Made by a program: the position numbers and the translations under genes. Below are positions 8,323 to 18,099 of a DNA stretch of 32,000 nt, piece after piece. Position 1 is the stretch's first letter. The number at the start of each line of letters is the position of its first letter. Origin of the DNA: Candidatus Saccharimonadota bacterium. GTDB lineage: Bacteria > Pseudomonadota > Gammaproteobacteria > Enterobacterales > Enterobacteriaceae. The DNA lies in assembly GCF_004296515.1 (NCBI RefSeq), contig NZ_AP018160.1, positions 180,001 through 212,000 of the forward strand. Reading direction: 5' to 3'. The notes below the pieces were generated by a model. That model was not told the origin of the DNA, ran no database searches, and saw only the letters and a list, made by a program, of their open reading frames with translations.

Positions 8323-8766
8323 ATGATATTAAATGTCTCATATAATAATATAAATAGAATTAATTTACCAAATATGTATTTTTTTGAAAAATTTATAAAA
8401 TACATAATTAATTATAATAATTTTTATATTTTAAATATTAAAATAGTTAGCAAAAGTAATATTAAAAAATTAAATAATATTTTTAATAAAAAAAATAAAC
8501 CTACTAATTCTTTAACTTTTTTAAAAAATATAAATATAAAAAATAATTCTATAAATGTTGGAGATATTGCTTTATGTAAATCTTTAATTGAAAAAGAATC
8601 TAAAAAATATAATATAAATTTGTATTTTCATTGGTCTCATATTTTAGTTCATAGTTGTTTACACCTATTAGGTTTTACTCATAAAAATTATGATGATACA
8701 ATTTTTATGGAAAATAAAGAAATAGAAATTTTAAAAAAATTTAATATACCAAATCCTCATATATAA
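8323..8766 (+). CDS. ybeY: Endoribonuclease YbeY (16S rRNA 3' maturation)
   Basis: 147 aa. The zinc motif H..HSCLHLLGFTH (HxxxHxxxxxH) is present, along with PTNSLTF and GDIALC as in the YbeY family. Confidence 0.85.
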   Translation: MILNVSYNNINRINLPNMYFFEKFIKYIINYNNFYILNIKIVSKSNIKKLNNIFNKKNKPTNSLTFLKNINIKNNSINVGDIALCKSLIEKESKKYNINLYFHWSHILVHSCLHLLGFTHKNYDDTIFMENKEIEILKKFNIPNPHI

Positions 8767-8785
8767 AATTATAATAAATAAAATA

Positions 8786-11236
8786 ATGAATAAATATAAT
8801 CCTAAAAAAATTGAATCATATGTACAAAAATTTTGGGAATTAAATAATACTTTTTCTGTAAAAGAGAATTATAATAAAAAAAAATATTATTGTTTATCTA
8901 TGTTCCCATATCCTTCTGGGAAAATTCATGTAGGTCATGTAAGAAATTATACTATAGGAGATATAATATCAAGATTTTATAGAATGAATAATAGAAATGT
9001 ACTTTATCCAATAGGATGGGACGCTTTTGGATTACCTGCTGAAAATGCAGCTATTAATAATAATACTTCACCTGAAGAATGGACATTAAATAATATAAAT
9101 ATAATGAGAAAACAGTTAAAATCTTTAGGTTTTAGTTTTGATTGGAAAAAAGAAATATTAACTTGTTCAAATAAATATTATATTTGGGAACAATATTTTT
9201 TAAAAAAATTATTTAAAAATAAAATGTTATATAAAAAAAAATCTTCTGTAAATTGGTGTCCATATGATAATACAGTATTATCTAATGAACAAGTTATAAA
9301 TAACAAATGTTGGAGATGTGATTCTAAAGTACATATAAAAAATATAAATCAATGGTTTATTAAAATAACTAAATATGCAGATAAACTATTTTATGATTTA
9401 GATAAGTTAAATTATTGGCCTGAAAAGGTTAAATTAATGCAAAAAAATTGGATTGGTAGAATAGAATGGATTGAAACTAAATTTAAAATTTTAAATAATT
9501 TAAATATTAAATATATAAATATATATTTAAATAATAAATATGAATTAACTAATTTAGATTATATAGTAATATCATTTCAAAATAAAATATCAAAAATAAT
9601 ACTTGGAAATAAATTTAATTTTTATAAAAAATTTTTTAATAAAAATAATTTATTAAAAACTGATATATATATTGAACATAAATTAATAAATAAAAAAATA
9701 AATTTATTCATATCAAATAATAATTTTATAATTAATAATTTTTTTTATAAAAATATAGACAATTTTACTAAAAATAATTCTTATATAAAATCTTTTAATG
9801 ATATTAATGAAATATTAAATAAAAATAAAAATATTTTATTAAAAAATGCTTTTATAATTTCTAATAATAGTAAATATAATATAAATTTTAATAAAAATAA
9901 TAATAAACTTTTTATAAAAAAAATAATATATAATTTAAAAGATTGGTGTATTTCAAGACAAAGATATTGGGGAACTCCTATACCAATGGCTAAATATGTT
10001 AAAAATAATTTTATAATTCCTATACCTGATAAATATTTACCTATAAATGTACCTTTATATAATGATTTCTTAAATAAAAGTACAAAAAATAATATTATTA
10101 TAAATAATAAATTAGCTATTAAAGATAAAGATACTGTAGATACATTTGTTCAATCATCTTGGTATTATATAAGATATATATCACCAAATTATTGTAAAAT
10201 GATTAATAAAGAATTAGCAAATTATTGGTTACCAATAGACCAATATATAGGTGGAATAGAACATTCAAATATGCATTTATTATATTTTAGATTTTTTAAT
10301 AAATTAATGAAAAAATTTAAATATATAAAATATTCTGAACCTTCTATAAAATTATTATGTCAGGGAATGATATTGTCAGAAACATTTTTTTATTTAAAAG
10401 AAAATAAAAAAATATGGGTTAATTTTAAAGATGTAACTAAAATATGTAATAAAGAAAACAAATACAGTTATTTTTTTAATAAAATTGAAGTTAATTATGC
10501 TGGATTAAGTAAAATGTCTAAATCAAAAAATAATTCAGTTAATCCAGATACAATTATAAAAAAATATGGAGCAGATACATTAAGAATGTTTATAATATTT
10601 TCTGCTCCTGTAAAATGTGATTTTGTTTGGAATCAAAAAAATATAATTGGTATATATAGATTTTTAAATAAAGTTTGGAATTTAGTAATTAAATTTATAT
10701 ATAATACAGATTATGAATCTATTGATGATTTATATAATATAAAAAAAAATAAATTAATTATTTTTATAAATAAAACTATAGATAATATAACCAATGATAT
10801 AAAGTATAAACAATCATTTAATATTTCAATATCATCTATAATGAAATTAACAAATTTAATAAAAAAAAATATAAATTTAAATAAAAATAATAATGAGTTT
10901 AATATTAAAATATTGTCTGTATTATTAAAATTATTATATCCATTTGCGCCTCATATTAGTTTCTTTTTATGGAAAAAATTAGGATATAAAAATACTATAG
11001 ATTTTGAAACTTGGCCTAAAAAAGAAGATGAATGTTTTAATAATAAAATTAAATTTATTATATATATAAATAATAAATTTATTAAATCAATAAATATTAA
11101 AAAAGATTTATCTAAAAATGAAATATTAAAATATATAAAAACCATAAATTTATTATTTATAAAAAAATATGAATTTAATAACTATTCAAAAATAATTTTT
11201 ATAAAAAATAAATTAATTAATATATTAATTAATTAA
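8786..11236 (+). CDS. leuS: Leucyl-tRNA synthetase (editing-domain region degenerate)
   Basis: 816 aa. PYPSGKIHVGHVRNY (HIGH), WDAFGLPAENAA, WCPYD..CWRC, DWCISRQRYWGTPIP, GGIEHSNMHLLYFRFF and GLSKMSKSKNN (KMSKS) are present. Confidence 0.96.
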   Translation: MNKYNPKKIESYVQKFWELNNTFSVKENYNKKKYYCLSMFPYPSGKIHVGHVRNYTIGDIISRFYRMNNRNVLYPIGWDAFGLPAENAAINNNTSPEEWTLNNINIMRKQLKSLGFSFDWKKEILTCSNKYYIWEQYFLKKLFKNKMLYKKKSSVNWCPYDNTVLSNEQVINNKCWRCDSKVHIKNINQWFIKITKYADKLFYDLDKLNYWPEKVKLMQKNWIGRIEWIETKFKILNNLNIKYINIYLNNKYELTNLDYIVISFQNKISKIILGNKFNFYKKFFNKNNLLKTDIYIEHKLINKKINLFISNNNFIINNFFYKNIDNFTKNNSYIKSFNDINEILNKNKNILLKNAFIISNNSKYNINFNKNNNKLFIKKIIYNLKDWCISRQRYWGTPIPMAKYVKNNFIIPIPDKYLPINVPLYNDFLNKSTKNNIIINNKLAIKDKDTVDTFVQSSWYYIRYISPNYCKMINKELANYWLPIDQYIGGIEHSNMHLLYFRFFNKLMKKFKYIKYSEPSIKLLCQGMILSETFFYLKENKKIWVNFKDVTKICNKENKYSYFFNKIEVNYAGLSKMSKSKNNSVNPDTIIKKYGADTLRMFIIFSAPVKCDFVWNQKNIIGIYRFLNKVWNLVIKFIYNTDYESIDDLYNIKKNKLIIFINKTIDNITNDIKYKQSFNISISSIMKLTNLIKKNINLNKNNNEFNIKILSVLLKLLYPFAPHISFFLWKKLGYKNTIDFETWPKKEDECFNNKIKFIIYINNKFIKSINIKKDLSKNEILKYIKTINLLFIKKYEFNNYSKIIFIKNKLINILIN

Positions 11237-11249
11237 TTTTTTATTAATT

Positions 11250-12290
11250 ATGGAAATTATTAATATAAATAATTTATTAAATTTAGTAAATTTTAATAAA
11301 CAAATATTTTTTATAATATTAAATGATTTTTTTTTAACAAATAAAATAAAAAATATATTAATAAATAAGATTTATAAGTTAGAAAATAATAATAATATAT
11401 ATATAAAAAATTATTATGTAAATAATAATTCAGATTTATTTAATATTTTATATATTAATAATAATTTAAATATTTTTAATAAAAAAATAATTATTATTAT
11501 AAATCTAGAAAATTTATTTTTTTTTAATGAAAAAATATTTAATTTTTTAAATATAAAAAATATTGATATTATAATAATTTTTATTTTAAATAATAATTAT
11601 TATAATATCAATATAAATATATTTTTAAATAATTTTAAAAAAACAAATATTTATTTTATAAAAGAAAATCATATATCTTATAATACTTTTATATTTTTAA
11701 TAAAAAATATTTTTATTAAAAAATATAAATTCAATTTAATTTCTAAAAAAACTTATAATTTATTATATTTAATGTATGAAAATAATTTTATAGATATAAA
11801 TAAAATTTTAAATTATTTATGTATTAATAATAAAAAAATACTTAATAATAATGATGTAAATAAATTATCTAAAATATATTTTATAAATCCTAATTATAAT
11901 AGTTGGATATTTTTATCTATATTTGGATATAAAGAATTATCAAATTTAAATATTTTAATAATCAAAAATAGTAAAAATAATGATTCTTTTATAAATATAT
12001 TAAAAAGTTTAAAAAAAAATTTATTATTTATAATTTCAAATAGTTTTAAAAAAGAAAATAAAAATTATTTATTTATTAATAATTTAGATGTAAAATATAA
12101 AAATATTATATTAAAAAATATTAATAAATTAAATAAAAATGTATTATATAAAATAATAAAATTAATGTTTGAAATAGATTTATTTGTTAAAAATTCTAAT
12201 TATAAAGATGAAGAAATTATATGGAATAAATTGGATTTAATATCTTTATTGTTAAATAATTTAATTTATTATGAAAAAAATATTAAATGA
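11250..12290 (+). CDS. holA: DNA polymerase III delta subunit
   Basis: 346 aa versus 343 in E. coli. It occupies the position between leuS and rsfS, as in E. coli. Recognisable islands are FFIILNDFFL (YLLLGNDPLL), LNIFNKKIIIIINLEN (MSLFASRQTLLLLLPEN), LYLMYENNF (CYCYEGNLL) and IWNKLDLISLLL (VWAELEGLSLLL). The sequence is very divergent. Confidence 0.72.
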   Translation: MEIININNLLNLVNFNKQIFFIILNDFFLTNKIKNILINKIYKLENNNNIYIKNYYVNNNSDLFNILYINNNLNIFNKKIIIIINLENLFFFNEKIFNFLNIKNIDIIIIFILNNNYYNININIFLNNFKKTNIYFIKENHISYNTFIFLIKNIFIKKYKFNLISKKTYNLLYLMYENNFIDINKILNYLCINNKKILNNNDVNKLSKIYFINPNYNSWIFLSIFGYKELSNLNILIIKNSKNNDSFINILKSLKKNLLFIISNSFKKENKNYLFINNLDVKYKNIILKNINKLNKNVLYKIIKLMFEIDLFVKNSNYKDEEIIWNKLDLISLLLNNLIYYEKNIK

Positions 12291-12624
12291 TAAACCTAAT
12301 ATAAGAAAAATATATAATAAAATATTAGATTTAAAAGTAAAAGATATATCTATATTTAAATCTTGTAAAAATAATAGTTTATTAGATTATATATTAATAT
12401 GTACAGCAAATTCTAAAGAACATATAAAATATATAAAATATAATTTTTTTAATAAATCATATATAAAAAATATTAATTTTTTTATAAATGAAGATAATTT
12501 ATATGAATGGATAATTATTGATTTAATAAATATTAATATACATATAATGCAAAAACATATAAGAAATTATTATCTAATAGATAATTTATATAGAGAAAAT
12601 TATGAAATTAAATATAATATATAA
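12271..12624 (+). CDS. rsfS: Ribosomal silencing factor RsfS (YbeB)
   Basis: 117 aa. DISIFKSCKNNSLLDYILICTANSKEH and EWIIIDLININIHIMQKHIRNYYLIDNLY match E. coli [27 protein letters not shown] and [29 protein letters not shown]. It overlaps holA by 20 nt and mrdA by 23 nt. Confidence 0.85.
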   Translation: MKKILNDKPNIRKIYNKILDLKVKDISIFKSCKNNSLLDYILICTANSKEHIKYIKYNFFNKSYIKNINFFINEDNLYEWIIIDLININIHIMQKHIRNYYLIDNLYRENYEIKYNI

Positions 12625-14434
12625 TAGAATATTATTATTTTTAATTTATGTGTTTATATTTAATATTATTTTAATATCAAATATATATATTATCCAAATA
12701 ATAAATTTTAAAAATTATAATACAAAATCATATAAAAATTGTACAAAATTAATACCAATTTATCCAATAAGAGGTTGTATATTTGATTGTAATGGTATAC
12801 CAATAGCTATAAATAATATAAAATATAAAATAGAAATAATTTCAGGAAATATAAAAGATATTGATAATTTATTATTTAATTTAAGTAAATTTATTTATTT
12901 AAATAAATATGAAATTTTAGATATAAAAAAAAACATTAAAAAAAATCCTCCTTATATTCCTATAACAATAAAAGATAATTTGGATATAAATAATATATCT
13001 AAAGTATTAGTAAATAAATTTAAATTTAAAAATTTAATAATAAGAAAATATTATATAAGATATTATCCTTACAGAGATTTATTATCTCATTTAATAGGAT
13101 ATGTCTCTAAAATAAGTAAAAATGATTTAGATAATATTAAAAATAATAGTAAATTTTATAATAATTATACTATATATGATAATATAGGAAAAATAGGAAT
13201 AGAAAAATATTATGAAAAATTATTAAGAGGTAAATTAGGATTTTTAGAGGTAAAAGTTAATAATAAAGGAAAAATAATAAAAATAAAAAATAAAATAAAT
13301 AGTGAACATGGAAAAGATATTTATTTATCTATAGATATTAAACTAAGCAAATTAATAAAAAAATTATTATCAAATAGTAAGTCTTCAGTAATTGTTACAG
13401 ATCCTAGAAATGGAAATATATTATCATTAATTTCAAATCCAAGTTTTAATTTAAATAAATTAGTTTCTAAAATTTCTATAAAAAATTATAAAAAAATATT
13501 TTCTAATAAAAATTTTCCTATGTTTAATAGAGCAACACAAGGTTTTTATCCACCAGCTTCTACTATAAAACCTTATATAGCTTTATATGCATTAAATTCA
13601 AAATTAATTAATGAAAATAGTTTAATATTTGATCCAGGATGGTGGAAATTACCTAAATCAAATAAATTATATATGGATTGGAAAAAAGAAGGTAGAGGAT
13701 GGATAAATATAATTAAAGCAATAGAGGAATCTTCTGATATATTCTTCTACGAAATTGCATATAGAATTGGTATAAATGAATTATCTAAATGCATGTTTAA
13801 TTTTGAATATGGAAAAAATGTAGAAATAGATATTTTAGAAAAAAGTAAAGGCTTAGTTCCTACAAAAAATTGGAAATTAAATAAATTAAAATTACCATGG
13901 TACGATGGTGATACTATATCTGTAGGTATAGGTCAAGGATATTTATCTGTTACACCATTACAAATGGTGAATTCTTTAAATATATTAATAAATAATGGTA
14001 TAAAAAAAAAGCTAAGTATAATTGAAAGTTTTTATGATTATAAAAAAGAGTTTAAAATATATTTAAATAAAGAAAATAATAGTAATAAATCTGAATATTT
14101 TAATAATATATCTATAAATACATGGAATATTGTAAAAAAAGGAATGTATGGAGTAGTTAATAATTCAAATGGTACAGCTTTTAATTATTTTAAAAATTTA
14201 AAATATAAAATAGCAGCAAAAACTGGAACAGCTCAAGTATTTAGTTTTAAAAACAATTATATTAAAAATAATATATCTACTAATCTTAGAAATCATAAAT
14301 TAATGATAGCATATGCTCCGTTTGATAATCCTAAAATATCTATAGCTATAGTTTTAGAAAATGAAGGATTTGGAGGAAATAATAATATTGGATATATAGT
14401 AAAAAAAATTTTTGATTATTATTTATTAAATTAA
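12602..14434 (+). CDS. mrdA: Penicillin-binding protein 2 (elongasome transpeptidase)
   Basis: 610 aa with an N-terminal TM segment. RGCIFDCNGIPIA, RYYPY..LSHLIGYVSKI, IGKIGIEKYYE, the active site PPASTIKP (SxxK), ESSDIFFY (SxD) and KTGTAQV (KTG) are present. Confidence 0.94.
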   Translation: MKLNIIYNRILLFLIYVFIFNIILISNIYIIQIINFKNYNTKSYKNCTKLIPIYPIRGCIFDCNGIPIAINNIKYKIEIISGNIKDIDNLLFNLSKFIYLNKYEILDIKKNIKKNPPYIPITIKDNLDINNISKVLVNKFKFKNLIIRKYYIRYYPYRDLLSHLIGYVSKISKNDLDNIKNNSKFYNNYTIYDNIGKIGIEKYYEKLLRGKLGFLEVKVNNKGKIIKIKNKINSEHGKDIYLSIDIKLSKLIKKLLSNSKSSVIVTDPRNGNILSLISNPSFNLNKLVSKISIKNYKKIFSNKNFPMFNRATQGFYPPASTIKPYIALYALNSKLINENSLIFDPGWWKLPKSNKLYMDWKKEGRGWINIIKAIEESSDIFFYEIAYRIGINELSKCMFNFEYGKNVEIDILEKSKGLVPTKNWKLNKLKLPWYDGDTISVGIGQGYLSVTPLQMVNSLNILINNGIKKKLSIIESFYDYKKEFKIYLNKENNSNKSEYFNNISINTWNIVKKGMYGVVNNSNGTAFNYFKNLKYKIAAKTGTAQVFSFKNNYIKNNISTNLRNHKLMIAYAPFDNPKISIAIVLENEGFGGNNNIGYIVKKIFDYYLLN

Positions 14435-14437
14435 TAT

Positions 14438-15508
14438 ATGAAAATTATTAATAATAAATACTATTGCGATTTTGTATTAATTTTATATATTTTAATATTA
14501 TTAATAATAAAATTATTATTAATAAGTAATAATTCAAGTAAATATTTATATAAATCTATAATAAGTATATTTATAAGTTTATCAGTAATGTTTATTTTTT
14601 CTAAAATAAATTATAGATTTTATGAAAAAGTATCTTATATATTTTATATTATAAGTTTAATATTAATAATATTAAATATTTTTATTGGAAAAAATTGTAA
14701 AGGATCTTATAGATGGATAAATTTATACTTTTTTAATTTTCAAGTATCAGAAATTTTTAAAATTTCTATTCCAATGTTAATATCTAGTATTTCATATAGA
14801 AATAAAGATATAAATTCCATTAAATTAATATTATTATCTATTTTTATAATATTTTTACCTTCATTAATAATATTATTTCAACCAAATTTAGGAACTTCTA
14901 TATTAATTATTTTATCTGGATTTTTTACATTATTCTTTTCTGGAATAAATTTTATTAATATATTATTTATTAATTTTATACTTTTTATTTTTATTTTAAT
15001 TTATTATAATTTTTTTATAAAAGATTATCAAAAAAATAGAATATTAACATTATTAAATAATAAAAATAAATTAAATTATCATATAAATCAATCTAAAATA
15101 GCTATTGGATCAGGTGGAATTTTTGGAAAAGGTTTATTTAATGGAACTCAGTCTAGATTAAATTTTCTTCCTGAATCACATACAGATTTTATATTTTCTG
15201 TTTTAGCTGAAGAATTTGGTTTATTTGGTGTAATTATTTTATTATCAATTTATTTATTAATAATAATAAAATGTTTAAAATTAGCACTTAATTCTAATAA
15301 TATATTTAATAAAGTATTAATTTCTTCATTTATATCTTCTATATTTTTTTCTATATTTATAAATATAGGAATGGTAATTGGTATACTACCAATAGTTGGT
15401 ATTCCTCTTCCAATAATAAGTTATGGAGGATCTTCATTATTTATAACTTTAATTAAAATTGGAATTATATTATCAATAAAAAATAATAATGAAAATTTAT
15501 ATTTTTGA
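14438..15508 (+). CDS. mrdB: SEDS peptidoglycan polymerase RodA
   Basis: 356 aa, polytopic. FQVSEIFKISIP, NLGTSILI, ESHTDFIFSVLAEEFGLFG and GIPLPIISYGGSSL are present. It lies directly downstream of mrdA, as in E. coli. Confidence 0.92.
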   Translation: MKIINNKYYCDFVLILYILILLIIKLLLISNNSSKYLYKSIISIFISLSVMFIFSKINYRFYEKVSYIFYIISLILIILNIFIGKNCKGSYRWINLYFFNFQVSEIFKISIPMLISSISYRNKDINSIKLILLSIFIIFLPSLIILFQPNLGTSILIILSGFFTLFFSGINFINILFINFILFIFILIYYNFFIKDYQKNRILTLLNNKNKLNYHINQSKIAIGSGGIFGKGLFNGTQSRLNFLPESHTDFIFSVLAEEFGLFGVIILLSIYLLIIIKCLKLALNSNNIFNKVLISSFISSIFFSIFINIGMVIGILPIVGIPLPIISYGGSSLFITLIKIGIILSIKNNNENLYF

Positions 15509-15548
15509 TATATAATATTTTTACTTATTAAATAAATTTTAAAAAATT

Positions 15549-16277
15549 ATGAATGAATTTTATAATTTTGAAGATAATGAATTAAGTGGTAAAATATCTA
15601 CTTTTAAAATCTTTATTACAAAAGTATATGCCTGGATGAGTATAGGATTATTAATAACATCATTTGTATCATTTTATTTTACAAAAATATCATTTTTATT
15701 TAACTTACTTTATAATAGTAAATTATTATTATTAATAACTTTTTTTCAAATAATTTTAGTTTATTTATTATCTAATATAATAACAATTTTAAGTTATAAA
15801 TTATCTATTTTTTTATTTGTATTATATTCAATTTTAAATGGAATAACTATGTCTGGTATTTTTTTAATATATACCTTTGAATCTATATTTAATATTTTTT
15901 TATTAACATCTTTTATATTTATGTTTATGAGTATATATGGTTTTTTAACTAAAAAGGATTTAACAAATTTAGGAAATTTATTATTAATGTTATTATTGGG
16001 AATATTATTATTTTCTATATTTAATATAATATTTAAAAGTATATTATTATTATATCTTTTATCATATATAAATATAATTATATTTACTGGATTAATAGCA
16101 TTTGATACACAAAAATTAAAAGATTTAAGTAATAAGCTATATTATACTAATAATAATAAATTATTATATAAATATTCAATACTTGGTGCATTAATATTAT
16201 ATTTAGATTTTATAAATTTATTTTTAATTCCTATTAAAATTTTTGGTAAAAAAAAAGATGAAGATAATTATTATTAA
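15549..16277 (+). CDS. ybhL: Bax-inhibitor-1/YccA-family membrane protein, closest to YbhL
   Basis: 242 aa with about 7 TM segments. KVYAWMSIGLLITSF, GFLTKKDLTNLGN, AFDTQKLKD and KYSILGALILYLDFINLFL..IFG closely track E. coli YbhL (YGWMTVGLLLTAF, AYDTQKLKN, KYSILGALTLYLDFINLFL). Confidence 0.8.
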   Translation: MNEFYNFEDNELSGKISTFKIFITKVYAWMSIGLLITSFVSFYFTKISFLFNLLYNSKLLLLITFFQIILVYLLSNIITILSYKLSIFLFVLYSILNGITMSGIFLIYTFESIFNIFLLTSFIFMFMSIYGFLTKKDLTNLGNLLLMLLLGILLFSIFNIIFKSILLLYLLSYINIIIFTGLIAFDTQKLKDLSNKLYYTNNNKLLYKYSILGALILYLDFINLFLIPIKIFGKKKDEDNYY

Positions 16278-16290
16278 TAAATAATTATAA

Positions 16291-16740
16291 TTATTTATTT
16301 TTAATAATTATATTCATGTTAATAAAATATGTATTATTAATAGAAATTTTTATATAAAAATTACCTATATTTTTTATATTTTTATTTAAAAAAACTTTTA
16401 TGAATTTACTTTTACAATAAGAAATATTACTTATTATATAATTAATAATATTTTTTTTATTAACGGAATCAAACAATTTTCCATTTTTATTAGATTTTTT
16501 ATAAAATATTATATTTTTTATTTTTAATATATCTTCATACATTTTCTTAAAATCATATTTATAAATATTATTATTATAATTATTATCTAATTTTATTTTT
16601 TTATTTTTTATTAAATTATAATTTACATAATATTTACTTTTTTTACAAATTAAAAAATTTCTTACATATCCTGATTTAACTTCTACTAAATCATTCTTAT
16701 TACCTAAATTTTCTATTTTATCTAATAAAATTATTTTCAT
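16291..16740 (-). CDS. rplI: 50S ribosomal protein L9
   Basis: 149 aa. [31 protein letters not shown] is a typical L9 N-terminus. It is the last gene of the rpsF-rpsR-rplI operon. Confidence 0.93.
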   Translation of the reverse strand: MKIILLDKIENLGNKNDLVEVKSGYVRNFLICKKSKYYVNYNLIKNKKIKLDNNYNNNIYKYDFKKMYEDILKIKNIIFYKKSNKNGKLFDSVNKKNIINYIISNISYCKSKFIKVFLNKNIKNIGNFYIKISINNTYFINMNIIIKNK

Positions 16741-16746
16741 ATATTT

Positions 16747-16986
16747 TTAAATTTTATTTTTAAATTGTCTATCTGTATAAAATATTAATGATAAATATCT
16801 AGCTATTTTTATTGCAGAAGATAATTTTCTCTGAAATTTAAGTTTTGTACCAGTTATTTTACTTGGTATTATTTTACCACTTTCAGTTATATATTTTTTT
16901 AACATATCTATATCTTTATAATCTATATAACTTATTTTGTTTATTGTGAACTTACAAAATTTTTTTTTTTTATTTATATTAAACAT
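16747..16986 (-). CDS. rpsR: 30S ribosomal protein S18
   Basis: 79 aa. [48 protein letters not shown] matches S18. It contains an A12 run near its 5' end. Confidence 0.94.
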   Translation of the reverse strand: MFNINKKKKFCKFTINKISYIDYKDIDMLKKYITESGKIIPSKITGTKLKFQRKLSSAIKIARYLSLIFYTDRQFKNKI

Positions 16987-16993
16987 AATTTTA

Positions 16994-17332
16994 TTAAACT
17001 TTATTTATGTTTTGTTTATTATTCATTATTATTGAGGGTTCTTTAATTGCTTTTTTTATATTTAATATTATATTTCTTATAATATAAGAATTTAATTTAA
17101 AATTATTTTTTAATTCATTTATTAAATCTATTTTACATTCTATATTAATTAAAGAATAATATGCTTTATTTATTTTTTTTATTGAATATGCTAATTCTCT
17201 TCTTCCCCAATTTTCTAATCTATGTATTATTCCTCCATGATTTTTTATTATCAATAAATATTTTTCAATTATCTTTTTATATTGAACTTCACTTGTAGTA
17301 TTTAATAATAAAACTATTTCATAGTTTTTCAT
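16994..17332 (-). CDS. rpsF: 30S ribosomal protein S6
   Basis: 112 aa. [29 protein letters not shown] matches S6. An SD aaagg lies upstream. rpsR follows after 7 nt, so priB is absent. Confidence 0.93.
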   Translation of the reverse strand: MKNYEIVLLLNTTSEVQYKKIIEKYLLIIKNHGGIIHRLENWGRRELAYSIKKINKAYYSLINIECKIDLINELKNNFKLNSYIIRNIILNIKKAIKEPSIIMNNKQNINKV

Positions 17333-17360
17333 TTTTTACCTTTATTTTAATTAAATAAAT

Positions 17361-18098
17361 TTATTTAAAATAATTTTGTCTAATTATTTCAAATAAAAAA
17401 ATTCCAACAGAAACAGAAACATTTAATGAATTAGTTTTACCTAAAATAGGTATTTTAATTATATCATTACAATATCTACTAGTTATATTTCTTATTCCTT
17501 TACATTCTGATCCAAATATTATTGCTATAGGTAATTCAAATTTATAATTAAATATTATTTTATTAGATTTATCAGAAGTACCTAATATATTAATATTATT
17601 TTTTTTTAAAAAAATTAATATATTTATAATATTTTTAACTATAAATATATTTAAGTTATCAACAGCACCACTAGCAACTTTCCTTACAACTTCTGTTATA
17701 GGTGAAGATTTATATTTAGTTATTATAACACAATCTATGTTTGCAACATCAGCAGATCTTAAACAGGATCCTAAATTTCTAGGATCTTGTATATTTTCTA
17801 ATATTAAAATTATATTTTTATTTAATAAGTCTTCCATTTTTACTATTTTTTTAATAATATTTTTATTATTGTAAATGATAATAAAAATATTTTTTATTTC
17901 TTTTATATTTGTAAATTTATTAATATTATTTTTATTTATATAATTTATATTAATTTTATTTTTTTTTAATAATCTTATTATTTCTATAATTCTTATATTT
18001 AGTTTTAAATTTAATATTATATAAGATTCTTTTATTATTTTAGGATTATTATCTAATATAGATCTAATAGTATTTAATCCATAAACTATTTCTGACAT
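17361..18098 (-). CDS. rlmB: 23S rRNA (Gm2251) 2'-O-methyltransferase, SpoU/TrmH family
   Basis: 245 aa. MSEIVYGLNTIRSIL (E. coli MSEMIYGIHAVQALL), ENIQDPRNLGSCLRSADVA, IIFGSECKGIR and SLNVSVSVGIFLFE are present. Confidence 0.88.
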   Translation of the reverse strand: MSEIVYGLNTIRSILDNNPKIIKESYIILNLKLNIRIIEIIRLLKKNKININYINKNNINKFTNIKEIKNIFIIIYNNKNIIKKIVKMEDLLNKNIILILENIQDPRNLGSCLRSADVANIDCVIITKYKSSPITEVVRKVASGAVDNLNIFIVKNIINILIFLKKNNINILGTSDKSNKIIFNYKFELPIAIIFGSECKGIRNITSRYCNDIIKIPILGKTNSLNVSVSVGIFLFEIIRQNYFK

Positions 18099-18099
18099 T

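Noticed and set aside
9480-9940. Highly repetitive-looking A/T stretch in leuS that at first glance resembles a repeat array or insertion
   Set aside because: The reading frame stays open and is flanked by conserved LeuRS motifs at the expected spacing. It has no periodic repeat unit. I interpret it as degenerate CP1 domain (see findings), not a mobile insertion or CRISPR-like array.
10951-11145. 64-aa ORF on the minus strand
   Set aside because: It is a shadow ORF antisense to the leuS C-terminal domain.
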